Assembly: GCF_009914755.1 (NCBI RefSeq)
Contig: NC_060927.1
DNA: 64,000 nt
Reading direction: 5' to 3' (one strand)
Source: the human T2T-CHM13v2.0 reference genome, Homo sapiens
Below the pieces are notes generated by a model. The model was not told the origin of the DNA, did no database searches, and saw only the letters and a program-made list of their open reading frames with translations. The translations under genes and the position numbers were made by a program. Shown here in pieces: positions 1 to 17,530 of this stretch (positions within the stretch are counted from its first letter, which is position 1; the number at the start of each line of letters is the position of its first letter).

Positions 1-1003
1 TTTTTTAAAGTATGATGCTGTTCACATGAGGCTCAGCTCTCCAGGTCACCACAGTCCCCAGCATTCCTTATTGTCTGTCACAATTGACATTACCTGCCTG
101 GCCTCTTTCTGTGTGCACTTGATTCTGTGACCCCAGGCTTAAACCCATTAAGGGAGTTTATATTAGGTGCCTAGGAAGCAAACATTCTTTCCTCTTAGGA
201 AGACCCGGAAGATTAAGAGAGGGAAGGTTTCCCTCTTAAGAGGAAAAACCCTAGGGTTATAGTCAATAATGAGCCAGGGCCTCTTCTTTGTATCACAGAG
301 AGTGGAAATTCTGGACTCTCAGGCCCGGAACGCTGGGGTCCAAATGCCTGAGGAGATGGGGGAGTTACGGAAGGAGCAGTACTCCCAAGACAGGATAGAG
401 GCAAAGAGGCACATGTGAGGGTCTCGAGTCACAGTGAGGAAATTCTCCCTGCAGCCACCCATTAAGTCCCCTTCTTTTTCCCACATGATTCATCCACCAA
501 ACAGATACTTAGTAAGAGTTCACTGTGTTCACTGTGTGCCAGCAATGAACCAACATTTGTGGGCTTTTCATTATGTAATCTCTCTCTCTCCATCCATCCA
601 GATTCTGAACTATTTCCAAGAAAATGTCACCACTTGCTTTACCTCCTGAGGCACCTTGAATACCCCTTTGCCTTGAATGAGAGAGAGAAAATTGTTTTTC
701 CTTCATTCATATAATTCTGGAATGATAGCTCTGAAAAAGCCATGAGAGCTGATAAAGGCCTCCTATCTCCGAGAAAGAAAAGAAATTAAGAAGATTTGGT
801 ATCTTTGGTTCACCACTGTATCCCTAGCAGTGTCTTGAACAATGCCTGACACATAGTAGGTTCTCAGTGTTTATTTGTTGACTGAATGAGCAGCTAAGCA
901 GTTAAGGGCAGAGTGGGTCCCAGTTGCCACATGTCCTCAATCTTTATCCAGGCTCTTTCCCAAACTGCAGGTTAGCAGAGGGAAAGCCAATGTTTTTTTA
1001 TAA

Positions 1004-1383
<380 letters not shown>

Positions 1384-2005
1384 TAAAGGCTCTTAATAAG
1401 AAACTAAGAGGGAAAAAAGAATCGTAACGGGAGATTTAATGGCAGTGACAGTTTTCAGAAGTGTATATGACCATGGTGGAAGTCTAGAAGAACCTGGCCT
1501 AATGGAGCCAGTCTTGAGCTGCAATTCTTTTAACTAATTCTCCCAGAACCTCTTGACTTAGTTGCTTTCACTGGAAAATAGGTGTATTCTGGGGGTTAAA
1601 AAGTTCTCCAGGGAAAGCTTCCCACTTACCTCACTGTCTTGGTATCCCGCTCTTCCACCCAACATACAAACATGCAGCTGGTCACTCAGCCAGTCCCTAA
1701 AACCTGTTAATTGGCCCATAGTTTGGCTCCGAGCAAACCTGTGGACTTAGGAGCCTCAGCTCTTGCCTCCCAGGAGTTTCTCAACTTTGGGGGAAGGTAA
1801 CATATGTGCTCTGAAGCAAGCACAATGATGGCTATGACAGGCATTTCGCAGCACACGTTTAAATAACAACCCTAGGTGAGGCAGGTCAGTGAGAGGCCAT
1901 CAATAGGGAAAATAGCAGTGTGAATCTAAGGCTTGAGAGAAGGGAGAGAAGGCTGTGGCCTTAGTGTCCAGCCTGCTCAGCATCCCTTCTCCCCTCTTCT
2001 GGTAG

Positions 2006-3108
<1,103 letters not shown>

Positions 3109-4814
3109 TGAGTACAGGAACATAAGGGTGGAAAATCTATCCCGGATGGAAGCTCTCTGAAGGGACCTCCCATTAACTCCTGCTACTTGGACACCTCAGG
3201 TCCCCTAACTGCTCTTCCTGGGGCCTGCCGGCTCAGATTCTGTAAATTCTGTGAGCTTTCCCATATCATTCCAATAAGGTCTTTTAAGGGTCTGCTTCTG
3301 TGATTGGCAACCTGAGAACCCTGCTTGGTACAACAAGGGTTCCTGGAAAATGTAGGAACGTGAACTGGCATGAGTAGCTGAAAAGGATGCAGAACTTATC
3401 CCAGTCCAGGAGAACATCATCTGTAAGGCCTCTCCAGAACTCTGCTTGGCCTAACTCAAGGGGAGATTCCAAAGGGGGAGGTATGAGAAGTTAGGAGGGG
3501 GATGTGGAGTGGAGCCAGAGTGGACTGGAGGGTATGGCCTTTCTCCTAGAGCAGAGGTTCACACAATGTTGTTGGATACACTGCTGGGCCGTAGTCGTGA
3601 GAGCTGCAGATGGAGGTAGAGCCAGCCAACAGACAAGTTGGCAGGATGCACTAAAAATTGGAGCTGGGCCTCAGAAGTGGGTTATGCTGGCCAAATATCA
3701 TCTGTCTAGTGTGTCCAGGCAGCAAAGAGTTGGGAACCATTACTGAAGAAAAACAAGAGCCGTGGAGGAGGGGATTGTTTGAGGATGCAGTAATTGCAAA
3801 GAATAGAGTGAACTCTTTGGTCAGCCTGGGTTTGAATCCTAGCTCCATCACTGATGTTGTGTGGTTGATTTTCTTACCCTTAAATGGTCCCTACCTCAAA
3901 TTAATATGGTGGCTGGCACATAATAAGCACTCAATAAATGATGGCTGCTGCTATTATTTTCATCAATAACATTTTATATAAATCCACATTGTTAATTAGT
4001 AATTATTATTATTTCCAGTTAAACTTCAGATTTAAAGCCATAGATTATCCCTGCATGCATACCCACCCACACACAAAACACACAGTTATATTCAGAAATA
4101 CCCCTGGGGCCCAATCTGAAATTACAGACTAATAAATCCTAGACAAAGCTAACAAGATATAAAAGCAATGATCCAACAGGCATAAACTTCTACCACTAGG
4201 TTAAAAGAGAAATGGTGATCTATGACTCAGAGCTGTGGAATAGTCAGGGACCCAAGTGACTGGCAAAATTGGGACAATAACCTGGGTTTACCTCCTGTTC
4301 TGACAAGACCCTTGGAAACTGGATGCAGATGCAGCCCAGATGCTCAAACAGGAGTGTGATGGTCCATGAAGTACCCAGTGAGTCTGAGGAAATGGACCTG
4401 AAAATGTCACTGTATTATGAAAACAACTTCATTTATCACTCTTCGAGAAGACAGTGATGGGGAAAGTGCTGGCCTGGGACTTGAAAATCCTAGAGTCCAC
4501 CAAGGGTCTATTAGGACTTCTGGAAAGTGGTTAATCCTCTCAATGCCTGGGTTTCCCCTATCAGTAGCCCCTGACCATGGCATGAACGTTCCTCCTCCAC
4601 CTTGTGAATATTGCCCATTCTGTCTGTAATACCATAATCTCACGCTTTCTCCACCTCATCCTGATGCTCTCAGGATCTCTGAATTTTAAACACAAATATA
4701 TCCTCCCCCACAGCTGACATTTTATCTTCAAGGCCAATTGGCACAAATATAGACATAGCCATTGTGTTATCATAAACTGCAGGTGGGTCTTTTCCTTAGG
4801 ATATTGAAGCATAG

Positions 4815-5165
<351 letters not shown>

Positions 5166-5499
5166 TAAAAGGCCACACTTCCACCACACACTGCAAGGTA
5201 GGAGGGACAAATATTAACCTCATTTCACAGGCAAAGAAATTGAATCTCAGTGAGGTGGGGTGACTTGCCCAAGATCACAAAGCTGGGAAATGTTCAGTCA
5301 ACTCCACATCCACCTTATCTGCTTAAATTCCAGGGTTCTCTCCTTCATAATCAGCTATGTCTTAGGCAACTTTATGATCTCCAGGTTATATGGTCTCTGA
5401 GGGATCTTCTGGGCTCAGGGACTTGGGAACAGTCCCCTCCAGGTAGAGGGGAATCCTTGGGGAAAGCCTCAGGATGTAGCTGGAAACATCCTAAGAGAT

Positions 5500-6120
5500 A
5501 TTTGGATCGTATCAGTGAACAAGACACCAAGAGCTCCATCTCTGTGGAATTTACAACCTAGTGGGAGTAAGAGTCAATAAGCTATAAAAATAACAAATAC
5601 AGAGATTATATAAGATGTTAAAAGGTTATAAGGGCTACAAAGAAAGAAAGAAAAGGGAATGGGAAATGGGTATCAGAAGTGTCAGGCTAGAAGGAAATGT
5701 TGCAATTTTAAATGGGGCAGTCAGGAAAAGTCTCATTGAGAAGGCGACATTTGAACAGAGACTTGAAGATCAGGGATGGAACCACAGGATATCTGGGCAA
5801 AGAGGATTCTGGGCAGACAGATGAGCCAGCACAAAGGCCCTGAGGTGGAAGCATTCCTGGTGTGTACAGAAGACAGTAAGCAGGACAGGGTGGCTGCAGC
5901 AGAGTGAGCTGGTGGTGGAGAGAAAAGTGAGACCAATCATGTAGGGACTCGGGGACCACTGTAAGAACTTTGACTTTTACTCTGAGTAGAACAGCAAGCC
6001 ATTGGAGAGTCCTGAGCAGAGAAAGGACTGACCTGCCTCATGTTTTAAATCTGGCTGCCGTATTGGAAGTAGATTGGAGGAAAAAAAAGTGGAAGCCCTG
6101 GGACCCACCATCATGAACAA
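5500..6120 (-). mobile_element. L2 LINE fragment
   Basis: gaaggcgacatttgaacagagacttgaag, gcacaaaggccctgaggtggaagc, ctttgacttttactctgag motifs. Confidence 0.7.
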
Positions 6121-6644
6121 TCGGGGAGAAGACAAGAGGCCAGCAAAGGAATGAACACAGGTAGTAGGACAAAAACTGTAGTGTATGTTTTCCTGGAAGC
6201 CAAAATGACGAAAGTCTCTCAAAGGAGGGAGTGGGTCTATTTAGCCCCCTTCCAAGACTACAACTGCAGTGAGTGTTCCACAAAGCATATCAAGTCCTTT
6301 AAAATCCTTGAAAAACTTCCTACTACCCTCAGGAATAGCCCGAAGCAATTATCAGGACTTGTCAAGCCTTTCTGAGCTGACCTTGCTTGTCTCATACCAA
6401 GCGCATCTCTACCTGAAGCATTTGCAGCTCCCCAAACATGGGGTGCTTGTTCTTAACACTGAGCCTTTCTGTAGTTCTTCCTTTGCCTGGAAACTTCCTG
6501 TCAATCCTTCAGGTCTTGGCTGAGATGAGACACCCCCTTTCAAGTCTTCCCCTGCTCTGTGCTCCATGAACATCTAGTGCTTACTCCAGCTGGAGCATCT
6601 AGTGCATCTACAGCTGGAACATCTAGTGCTTACTCCAGCTGGAG

Positions 6645-7239
6645 CTAACTGAAAAGATATATTCTCCCCCACCTTTAAGAAGGTACTTTGTAATATTCTC
6701 CCACACCCTTAAGAAGGTACTTTGTAATATTTTCCCCCTGCCCTTAAGAAGGTACTTTGTATGCCTATCCCAAACCTATAAGAACTAATGATAATCCCGG
6801 CCGGGTGCGGTGGTTCACACCTCTAATCTCAGCACTTTGGGAGGCCCCGAGGCGGGTGGATCGTGAGGTCAGGAGATCGAGACCATCCTGGCTAACAGGG
6901 TAAAAACCCATCTCCACTAAAAAAATACAAAAAATTAGCCAGGTGTGGTGGCAGGCGCCTGTAGTCCCAGCTACTCTGGAGGCTGAGGCAGGAGAATGGC
7001 AGGAGAACCTGGGAGGCAGAGCTTGCAGTGAGCCGAGATTGTGCCACTGCACTCCAGCCTGGGTGACAGAGCAAGACTCTGTCCCAAAAAAAAAAAAAAA
7101 AAAAAGCACTAATGCTAATCCCACCACCCTTTGCTGACTCCTTTTTTGGACTCAGCCCGCCTACACCCAGGTAAAATAAACAGCCTTGTTGCTCACACAA
7201 AGCCTGTTTGGTGGTCTCTTCATAGGGACGCATGAGACA
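6645..7239 (+). mobile_element. 5' LTR (LTR7 family, LTR7B-like), 5'-truncated and interrupted by an Alu
   Basis: Matches the 3' LTR from ctaactga onward and ends gcatgagaca. Carries three copies of the ccttaagaaggtactttgta repeat. Subfamily call is by eye. Confidence 0.88.
6799..7105 (+). mobile_element. AluY-like element inserted in the HERV-H 5' LTR
   Basis: Full dimer with A-tail. TSD aagaactaatgataatccc / aagcactaatgctaatccc. Confidence 0.93.
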
Positions 7240-7240
7240 T

Positions 7241-7258
7241 TTGGTGCCGAAGACCTGG
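7241..7258 (+). promoter_or_regulatory. Retroviral primer binding site, tRNA-Phe-like
   Basis: TGGTGCCGAAGACCTGGG directly after the 5' LTR. It is closer to the Phe PBS (TGGTGCCGAAACCCGGGA) than to the His PBS (TGGTGCCGTGACTCGGAT). Confidence 0.75.
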
Positions 7259-7764
7259 GTCAGCGGGACTCCTTTGGGAGACCAGTCCCCCATCCTCACC
7301 CTCACTCTGTGAAGAGATCCACCTACGACCTTGGGTCCTCAGACCAACCAGCCTAAGGAACATCTCACCTATTTTAAATCGGGTAAGCGGCCTCTTTCTA
7401 CTCTCTTCTCCAACCTCTCTCACTATCCCTCAACCTCTTTTCCTTTCAATCTTGGCACCACCCTTCAGTCTCTCCCTTCTCTTAATTTCAATTCCTTTCA
7501 TTTTCTGGTAGAGACAAAGGAGACACATTTTATCTGTGGACCCAAAACTCCGGCACAGGTCACAGACTCAGGAACACAGCCTTCCCTTGGTGTTTAATCA
7601 TTGTGGGGATGCCTGCCTGATTATTCACCCACATTCCGTTGGTGTCTGATCTCCGTGGGGATGCCTAACTTGGTCATTCACCCACATTCCCTTGGTGGCA
7701 AGTTAATTGTAGGGACAATTGCTTTGGCTGCTCACCCACATTGCAGCCCAGGGCTGCTCATGTC

Positions 7765-8075
7765 ACCCCTTCTCTCCGTGTCTCTACCCTCTCTTTTCTC
7801 TCCACTTTCCTGGGGGGCAAGCACCCCCCACCCCTTCTCTCTGTGTCTCTGCCCCTTTTCCACTTTCCTGGGGGGCAAGAACCTCCCACCCCTTCTCTCC
7901 GTGTCTCTGCCCCTTTTCCATTTTCCTAGGGGGGCAAGTACCCCCCACCCCTTCTCTCCATGTCTCTGCCCCTTTTCCACTTTCCTGGGGGGCAAGCACC
8001 TCCCACCCCTTTTCCACTTTCCTGGGGGGCAAGCACCTCCCACCCCATTTCCACTTTCCTGCGGGGGCAAGCACC
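7765..8075 (+). repeat. Tandem repeat in the HERV-H leader (6 copies of a ttcctggggggcaagcacc core, about 37-60 bp units)
   Basis: Core visible near 7811, 7869, 7929, 7987, 8024 and 8063. Confidence 0.85.
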
Positions 8076-8393
8076 TTCTTTTCAAGGGCCTGTTTCCCTT
8101 GCCTCCATAACTGTTGTGAGTATTGACAGCCAGGCTTCTAAACCTCTTAAAACTCCCCAACTCTGGTGCCAACTTGGACAACATTCTTTAATGAACTCCT
8201 TTTTAGTTATCCCACCTGCCCAGCTCGCTTATTAGTTCAAAACATTGTAACTAAATTATCTGCTTCCCTGACTATTCCTGGGTTAAAGCCACACCTCACT
8301 ACTGCCTTTTGCCCCAGTTCAATGCCTCCTGCACATCCTCTCCTTGTATCTCCCCACCTTAATCCACAAGTGTAGGACACCTCTACTCCCTCC

Positions 8394-10100
8394 TTGGCGA
8401 TGGATGATGCACCCCTTACCATCCTATTAAAATCTAATCACCCTTACCCTGCTCAGTGCCAATATCCCATCCCACAGCACGCTTTAAAAGGATTAAAGCC
8501 TGTTATCACTTGCCTGTTACAGCATGGCCTTTTAAAGCCTATAAACTCTCCTTACAATTCCCCCATTTTACCTGTCCAAAAACTGGACAAGTCTCACAGG
8601 TTAGTTCAGGATCTGCGTTTATCAACCAAATTGTCTTGCCTATCCACCCCATGGTGCCAAAGCCATATACTCTCCTATCCTCAGTACCTCCCTCCACAAC
8701 CCCTCCATAACCCATTATTCTGTTCTGGATCTCAAACATGCTTTCTTTACTATTCCTTGCACCCTTCATCCCAGCCTCTCTTTGCTTTCACTTGGACTGA
8801 CCCTGACACCCATCAGGCTCAGCAAATTACCTGGGCTGTACTGCCACAAGGCTTCACGGACAGCCCCCATTACTTCAGTCAAGCCCAAATTTCTTCCTCA
8901 TCCATTACCTATCTCGACATAGTTCTTCATGAAAACACACGTGCTCTCCCTGCTGATTGTGTCTGGCTAATCTCCCAAACCCCAACCCCTTCTACAAAAC
9001 AACAACTCCTTTCCTTCCTAGGCATGGTTGGATACTTTCACCTTTAGATACCTGGTTTTGCCATCCTAATAAAACCATTATATAAACTCACAAAACCAAA
9101 CCTAGCTGACCCCATAGATCCTAAATCCTTTCACCACTCCTCTTTCTGTTCCTTAAAAACAGCCCTAGAAGCTGCCCCCACACTAGCTCTCCCTAACTCA
9201 TCCCAACCCTTTTCATTACACACAGCCAAAGTACAGGGCTGTGCAGTCAAAATTCTTACACAAGAGCTGGGACTGCACCCTGTAGCCTTTCTGTCCAAAC
9301 AACTTGACCTTACTCTTTTTGGCTGGCCCCCACCCCCATGACTGTATCTCTCTGATCCACCTGACATTCACTCCATTTCCCCGTATTTCCTTCTTTCATG
9401 TTCCTCACCCTGATCACACTTGGTTTATTGATGGCAGTTCCACCAGGCCTAACCGCCACTCACCAGCAAAGGCAGGCTATGCTATAGTATCTTCCATATC
9501 TATCACTGAGGCTACCACTCTGCCCTCCTCCACTACCTCTCAGCAAGCCAAATTCATTGCCTTAACTCGAACACTCACTCTTGCAAAGGAATTATGCATC
9601 AATATTTATACAGACTGTAAATATGCCTTCCATATCCTGCACCACCATGCTGTTATATGGGCTGAAAGAGGTTTCCTCACTATGCAAGGGTCCTCCATCA
9701 TTAATGCCTCTTTAATAAAAACTCTTCTCAAGGCCGCTTTACTTCCCAAGAAAGCTGGAGTCATACACTGCAAGGGCCACTAAAAGACATCAGATCCCAT
9801 TGCTCAGGGCAACGCTTATGCTGATAAGGTAGCTAAAGAAGCACCTAGTGTTCCAACTTCTGTCCCTCATGGCCAGTTTTTCTCCTTCTAATTGGTCACT
9901 CCTATTTACTCTCCTACTGAAGTTTCCACCTATCAATCTCTTCCCGCACAAGGCAAATTGTTCTTGGACCAAGGAAAATATCTCCTTCCAGCCTCACATG
10001 CCCATTCTATTCTGTTGTCATTTCATAACCTCTTCCACGGTAGGTTACAAGCCGTTAGTCTGCCTCTTCAAACCTCTCATTTCCTTTCCATCGTGAATAT
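8394..10100 (+). pseudogene. HERV-H pol remnants (RT, RNase H, start of integrase), frameshifted and deleted
   Basis: ORFs 8394-9047 (QYPIP, SPYNSPILPVQK, TWAVLPQGFTDSP), 8456-8710 and 9304-9783 (DGSS, YTD, VIHCKGH). No intact YxDD. Confidence 0.9.
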
Positions 10101-10357
10101 CTATCCCCAGTCCTCCACTCTTGACTCCCTCTTGGAGTGGATAGATGATCTTTGCTGACAGGACACATTCCAACACTTTCACCCTGATGAAGTCCTATTC
10201 TTTACTTTTATACTCACTCTTATTCTTGTTCCCATTCTTATTGCCACCCTCTACCTCTCCCCAGCTATCTCCACCACACTATCAATTTCACTCACTCTCT
10301 CCTAGCTATTTCTAATCCTTCTTTAACAAACAATTGCTGGCTTTGCATTTCTCTTTC

Positions 10358-10690
10358 CTCCAAAATCACCAAGGCCTCAATTTACTCACTGCTGAAAAGG
10401 GAGGACTCTGTATATTTTTAAATGAAGAGTGTTGTTTTTACCTTAATCAATCTGGCCTGGTATATGACAACATAAAAAAACTCAAGGATAGAGCCCCAAA
10501 ACTCGTCAACTAAGAATATAATTATGCTGAACCCCCTTGGGCACTCTCTAATTGGATGTCCTGGGTTCTCCCAATTCTTAGTCCTTTAATACTTGTTTTT
10601 CTCCTTCTCTTATTCAGAAGTTGTGTCTGTCATTTAGTTTCTCAATTCATACAAAACCACATTCAGGCCATCACCAATAATTCTATATGA
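10358..10690 (+). pseudogene. HERV-H env TM remnant (immunosuppressive domain + CX6CC)
   Basis: Translates [46 protein letters not shown], then stops. Confidence 0.88.
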
Positions 10691-10912
10691 CAAATGCTCC
10701 TTCTAACAACTCCACAATATCACCCCTTACCCCAAAATATTTCTTCAGTTTAATCTCTCCCACTCTAGGTTCTCACACCACCCCAATCCCACTTGGAGCA
10801 GCCCTGAGAAACATTGCCCATTATCTCTCCATACCACCCCAAAAATTTTTGCCACACCAACACTTCACCACTATTTTGTTTTGTTTTTCTTATTAATACA
10901 TGAAGACAGGAA

Positions 10913-11260
10913 TGTCAGGCCTCTGAACCCAAGCTAAGCCATCATATCCCCTGTGACCTGCATTTATACATCCAGATGGCCTGAAGCAAATGAAGATCCA
11001 CAAAAGAAGTAAAAATAGCCTTAACTGATGACATTCCACCATTGTCATCTGCCCTACCCTAACTGAGAAGATATATTCTCCCCCGCCCTTAAGAAGGTAC
11101 TTTGTATGCCTATCCCAAACCTATAAGAACTAATGATAATCCCAGCGCCCTTTGATGACTCTTTTTTCTGACTCAGCCCACCTGTACCCAGGTGAAATAA
11201 ACAGCCTTGTTGCTCACACAAAGCCTGTTTGGTGGTCTCTTCGCAAGGACGCATGAGACA
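10913..11260 (+). mobile_element. 3' LTR (LTR7 family), complete TG...CA
   Basis: Starts tgtcaggcctctgaacccaagctaagcc after a purine tract. AATAAA near 11196. Ends gcatgagaca. Confidence 0.93.
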
Positions 11261-11330
11261 GCATTTACTATGCTATTGAGATTGCCTGTTGAACCTTTCT
11301 GCCTCCTCCAACAGAGAATAAGTTTATTGA

Positions 11331-11632
<302 letters not shown>

Positions 11633-11774
11633 TAAAGTGTTGGGATTACAGGCGTGAGCCAACACGCTCAGCCAGTATTTTTGAATGAATGAGAAAATAC
11701 ATTTTGGGACATGCTTGGGACATGTTGAATTGAGGTATTTATGGGACACAGAAGGCAGAAGCATCTGGTAAGAG

Positions 11775-11976
11775 CAGTGGTGTGCTGGTAAATGTTTATC
11801 AACTGGCTCTCAGTGGAAAAAGTTCCGATTTGCAGCATTTGTTGAATTCCACAACATCAACACTCCCACCGTTGGTATTCAAGCTGCCAATGTGGCATTG
11901 CTAAATATAGAGTTGAGAAGAGATGTGCACTGTTGGCTCTCACAAGTTGGTGTGAGCAGGCTCCAGCACACCACTG
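11775..11976. mobile_element. hAT MITE (MER63-like)
   Basis: Perfect 14-bp terminal inverted repeats cagtggtgtgctgg / ccagcacaccactg about 200 bp apart. Confidence 0.8.
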
Positions 11977-12530
11977 CCTGTGGGTAGGTGGATTTAAGGG
12001 TATGAGGTTCAGGAGTGCAATGTGGGCTGGAGAGATGGATTTGGTGGTCATCTTCGAAGTGATGGTCATTGGAGCTAGGGGAACAGCAAGATAACCCAAG
12101 GAGTTGGTTCAGGGTCAAAAGGAGAGAACAGGAATCGAATTTGATGCAAGGCCAACATTTTAGGTAGCATGTGGAAAAGGAGCATCTTTGAAGGAGAAAG
12201 ACGTGAATGAAAAAATCATTCAGGAGAACAATTCAGGAGAAAACCTGAATGATTTTCTCATTCAGACAGGAAGACCTGAATGAGAAAATCAGGAGAGCCA
12301 GGTCAGAACAGTGTCAAGGAAGTCAGAGAATAGGAATTTTCAAGAAGATTCTTCCCATCGTAAAAATTATGCAGAGAGATGCAGTAATGCAAGGTCTGGA
12401 AAATATCTATTAAGTTTCAAAGTTAGCAGGTTATTATTACTTAACCAGAATAGTAAGGAGAGTGGCCAGAGTATAGAGAGGAAAGTGAGAAGAGAGTGTA
12501 TATGGTCAGGGATGGTGGCATTTTGGGTGT

Positions 12531-13347
<817 letters not shown>

Positions 13348-13766
13348 GATGGAGGCAAGGGCTGGTAGGATTGACTGGCCTCAGGGTTGCAAACAGAACT
13401 CTGATATTAATCTGCTTCATTGAATCACTGGTATATTTCGGTTCCCCAGTAGAGGTGTTATTCAAGCTCCCAGTGCTGGGACATCTTTCTGTAGACTTTG
13501 AGGTTGGTGCAGGAAGAAGACTAGCAGTGTGGATAATTTTTTCTGTGAGAACCATAAGCCAACATAGGCTGAGCCTAATGTGTGGCCTCATTATTGAGGC
13601 TATTTCAAATACAGACTCCCTCTCTTGGAAGGTACACAATGATTGGGCCTGGAAATTGTGCAGTCAGATGGAAGTAGCATCATGATCAGAATGTAAGAAG
13701 CACATTTTCTCTGAATCAGGATAAACCTCACTGATCAGGGCTTACCTCTTTCTACCTCTGAGATTC

Positions 13767-14546
<780 letters not shown>

Positions 14547-14572
14547 TTAATCACCTGTGGGACGTTCTCTGC

Positions 14573-14591
14573 TGCTGCCATCTTGTGGCCA
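14573..14591 (-). promoter_or_regulatory. Candidate CTCF site
   Basis: Minus strand reads TGGCCACAAGATGGCAGCA, close to the CTCF core CCASYAGRKGGCRS. Binding is not shown. Confidence 0.5.
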
Positions 14592-14821
14592 CTTGGAGTA
14601 ATAACATTCACAGTGTGCCTTTGGTCAGTCCAGTGACTCACCAGATGATGTAGGAAGGTCCTCTGGATTCTGTGTAAATATTTCCGATGACAGGTTTCCA
14701 ATTATTCTACAAGACAGGCTATACCTATGGTGTAAAGCTTTGCTTATTAGAAAGTTCTTTCTGAAACTGAGTCAAATTCTGCTTTTATTCCATTTCTATA
14801 CAATTCTTTTTCTACTTTCTA

Positions 14822-15535
<714 letters not shown>

Positions 15536-15979
15536 TGATTCCCAGAGCCTTCATTCATCATCCAGGATCTGAGACAGGGATGCTGGTGCAAGTGATTTAC
15601 TGGGGAGTGGCCACAGGGGAAACCTGTAGGGAAGCCAGGGAAACAGGATGGGCAAGAGGGCGGAGCTAAGCAAGGATGCAGTTTAGCCAGAGACCAGCCC
15701 AGCCTGATGCCACGGGGAGCTCTGGATCCTGAGTGGTGCTACAGAGTGAGTCTCACCTTGAGGCAAGGGGTTCAGTCTTGTATACTGTGACACTCAGTCA
15801 TTGGCTCTGGGGGTGAGGGGTGTTCGAGGAAACCTTCCTGAGTGAAGTGGTTCCCATTTGGGCAAGGGCAGTTCTCAGGAGGGTTAGCAGCTGACGCTCA
15901 ACAGCATGTGGGAAATGGGTGACCAGGAAAGAGGATCTGTATACCTTCTGCTCATATCTCATCTCAGTCATTATAGTCA

Positions 15980-16255
<276 letters not shown>

Positions 16256-16516
16256 TTACATTTGGGTTGTCTGATCGAAACCCCAAGATATTTTTCACAT
16301 AAAATTGCTCCCAGGCCAAGTGTCTTCCATCAATGCCTATGGCATGGTGATACCAAAAGCAAAAGCAGGTAAAATTGTATTCCTTTAAATTTTCCTCTTG
16401 TCAGTTTGGACTCACATTCTAGCTAACTGAGCCCTCATTGAATCTGGATTCTATCATCTAATCCAGGACTCTACGCTCTGTCTTCTGCAGACTTGATCCG
16501 TGTGTCTCTTTGGTAA

Positions 16517-16891
<375 letters not shown>

Positions 16892-17191
16892 TAATATCTG
16901 GCTGTCACTGCCCCTGCCTGATGATATCTGTTCTGTTGCTGTCCGCAGAACAGCACTACAGAGGGAACTTTGGTTGAAAATGGCCAGCAGCAAGCCTGAG
17001 GCCAGGGCCATAGAAAGAGAGCCATGTTTATTTCAGAAACATGAGTCTGAAATAAGTAGACAGCCCGGAACCTAGGTGGTTAAGTAGTTAATGTTATGTG
17101 ACCAATATAGAAAACTTGAGACTATCAGCTCAGTAGCCCTGAGCCTTCTCATAACTTGACAGGTTCTGGGAAGGTATCTGAAAATAATTTA

Positions 17192-17530
<339 letters not shown>

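Larger units (their letters stand above)
6645..11260 (+). mobile_element. HERV-H provirus, internally deleted (gag absent, fragmented pro/pol/env)
   Basis: Two LTR7-family LTRs, PBS, C-rich leader, RT motif LPQGFTDSPHYFSQA, RNase H motifs WFIDGSS...INIYTDCKYAF, env TM remnant. Confidence 0.95.

Noticed and set aside
7601-8235. Repetitive ORFs and a CRISPR-like repeat appearance
   Set aside because: HERV-H leader tandem repeat with no unique spacers, in a eukaryotic context.
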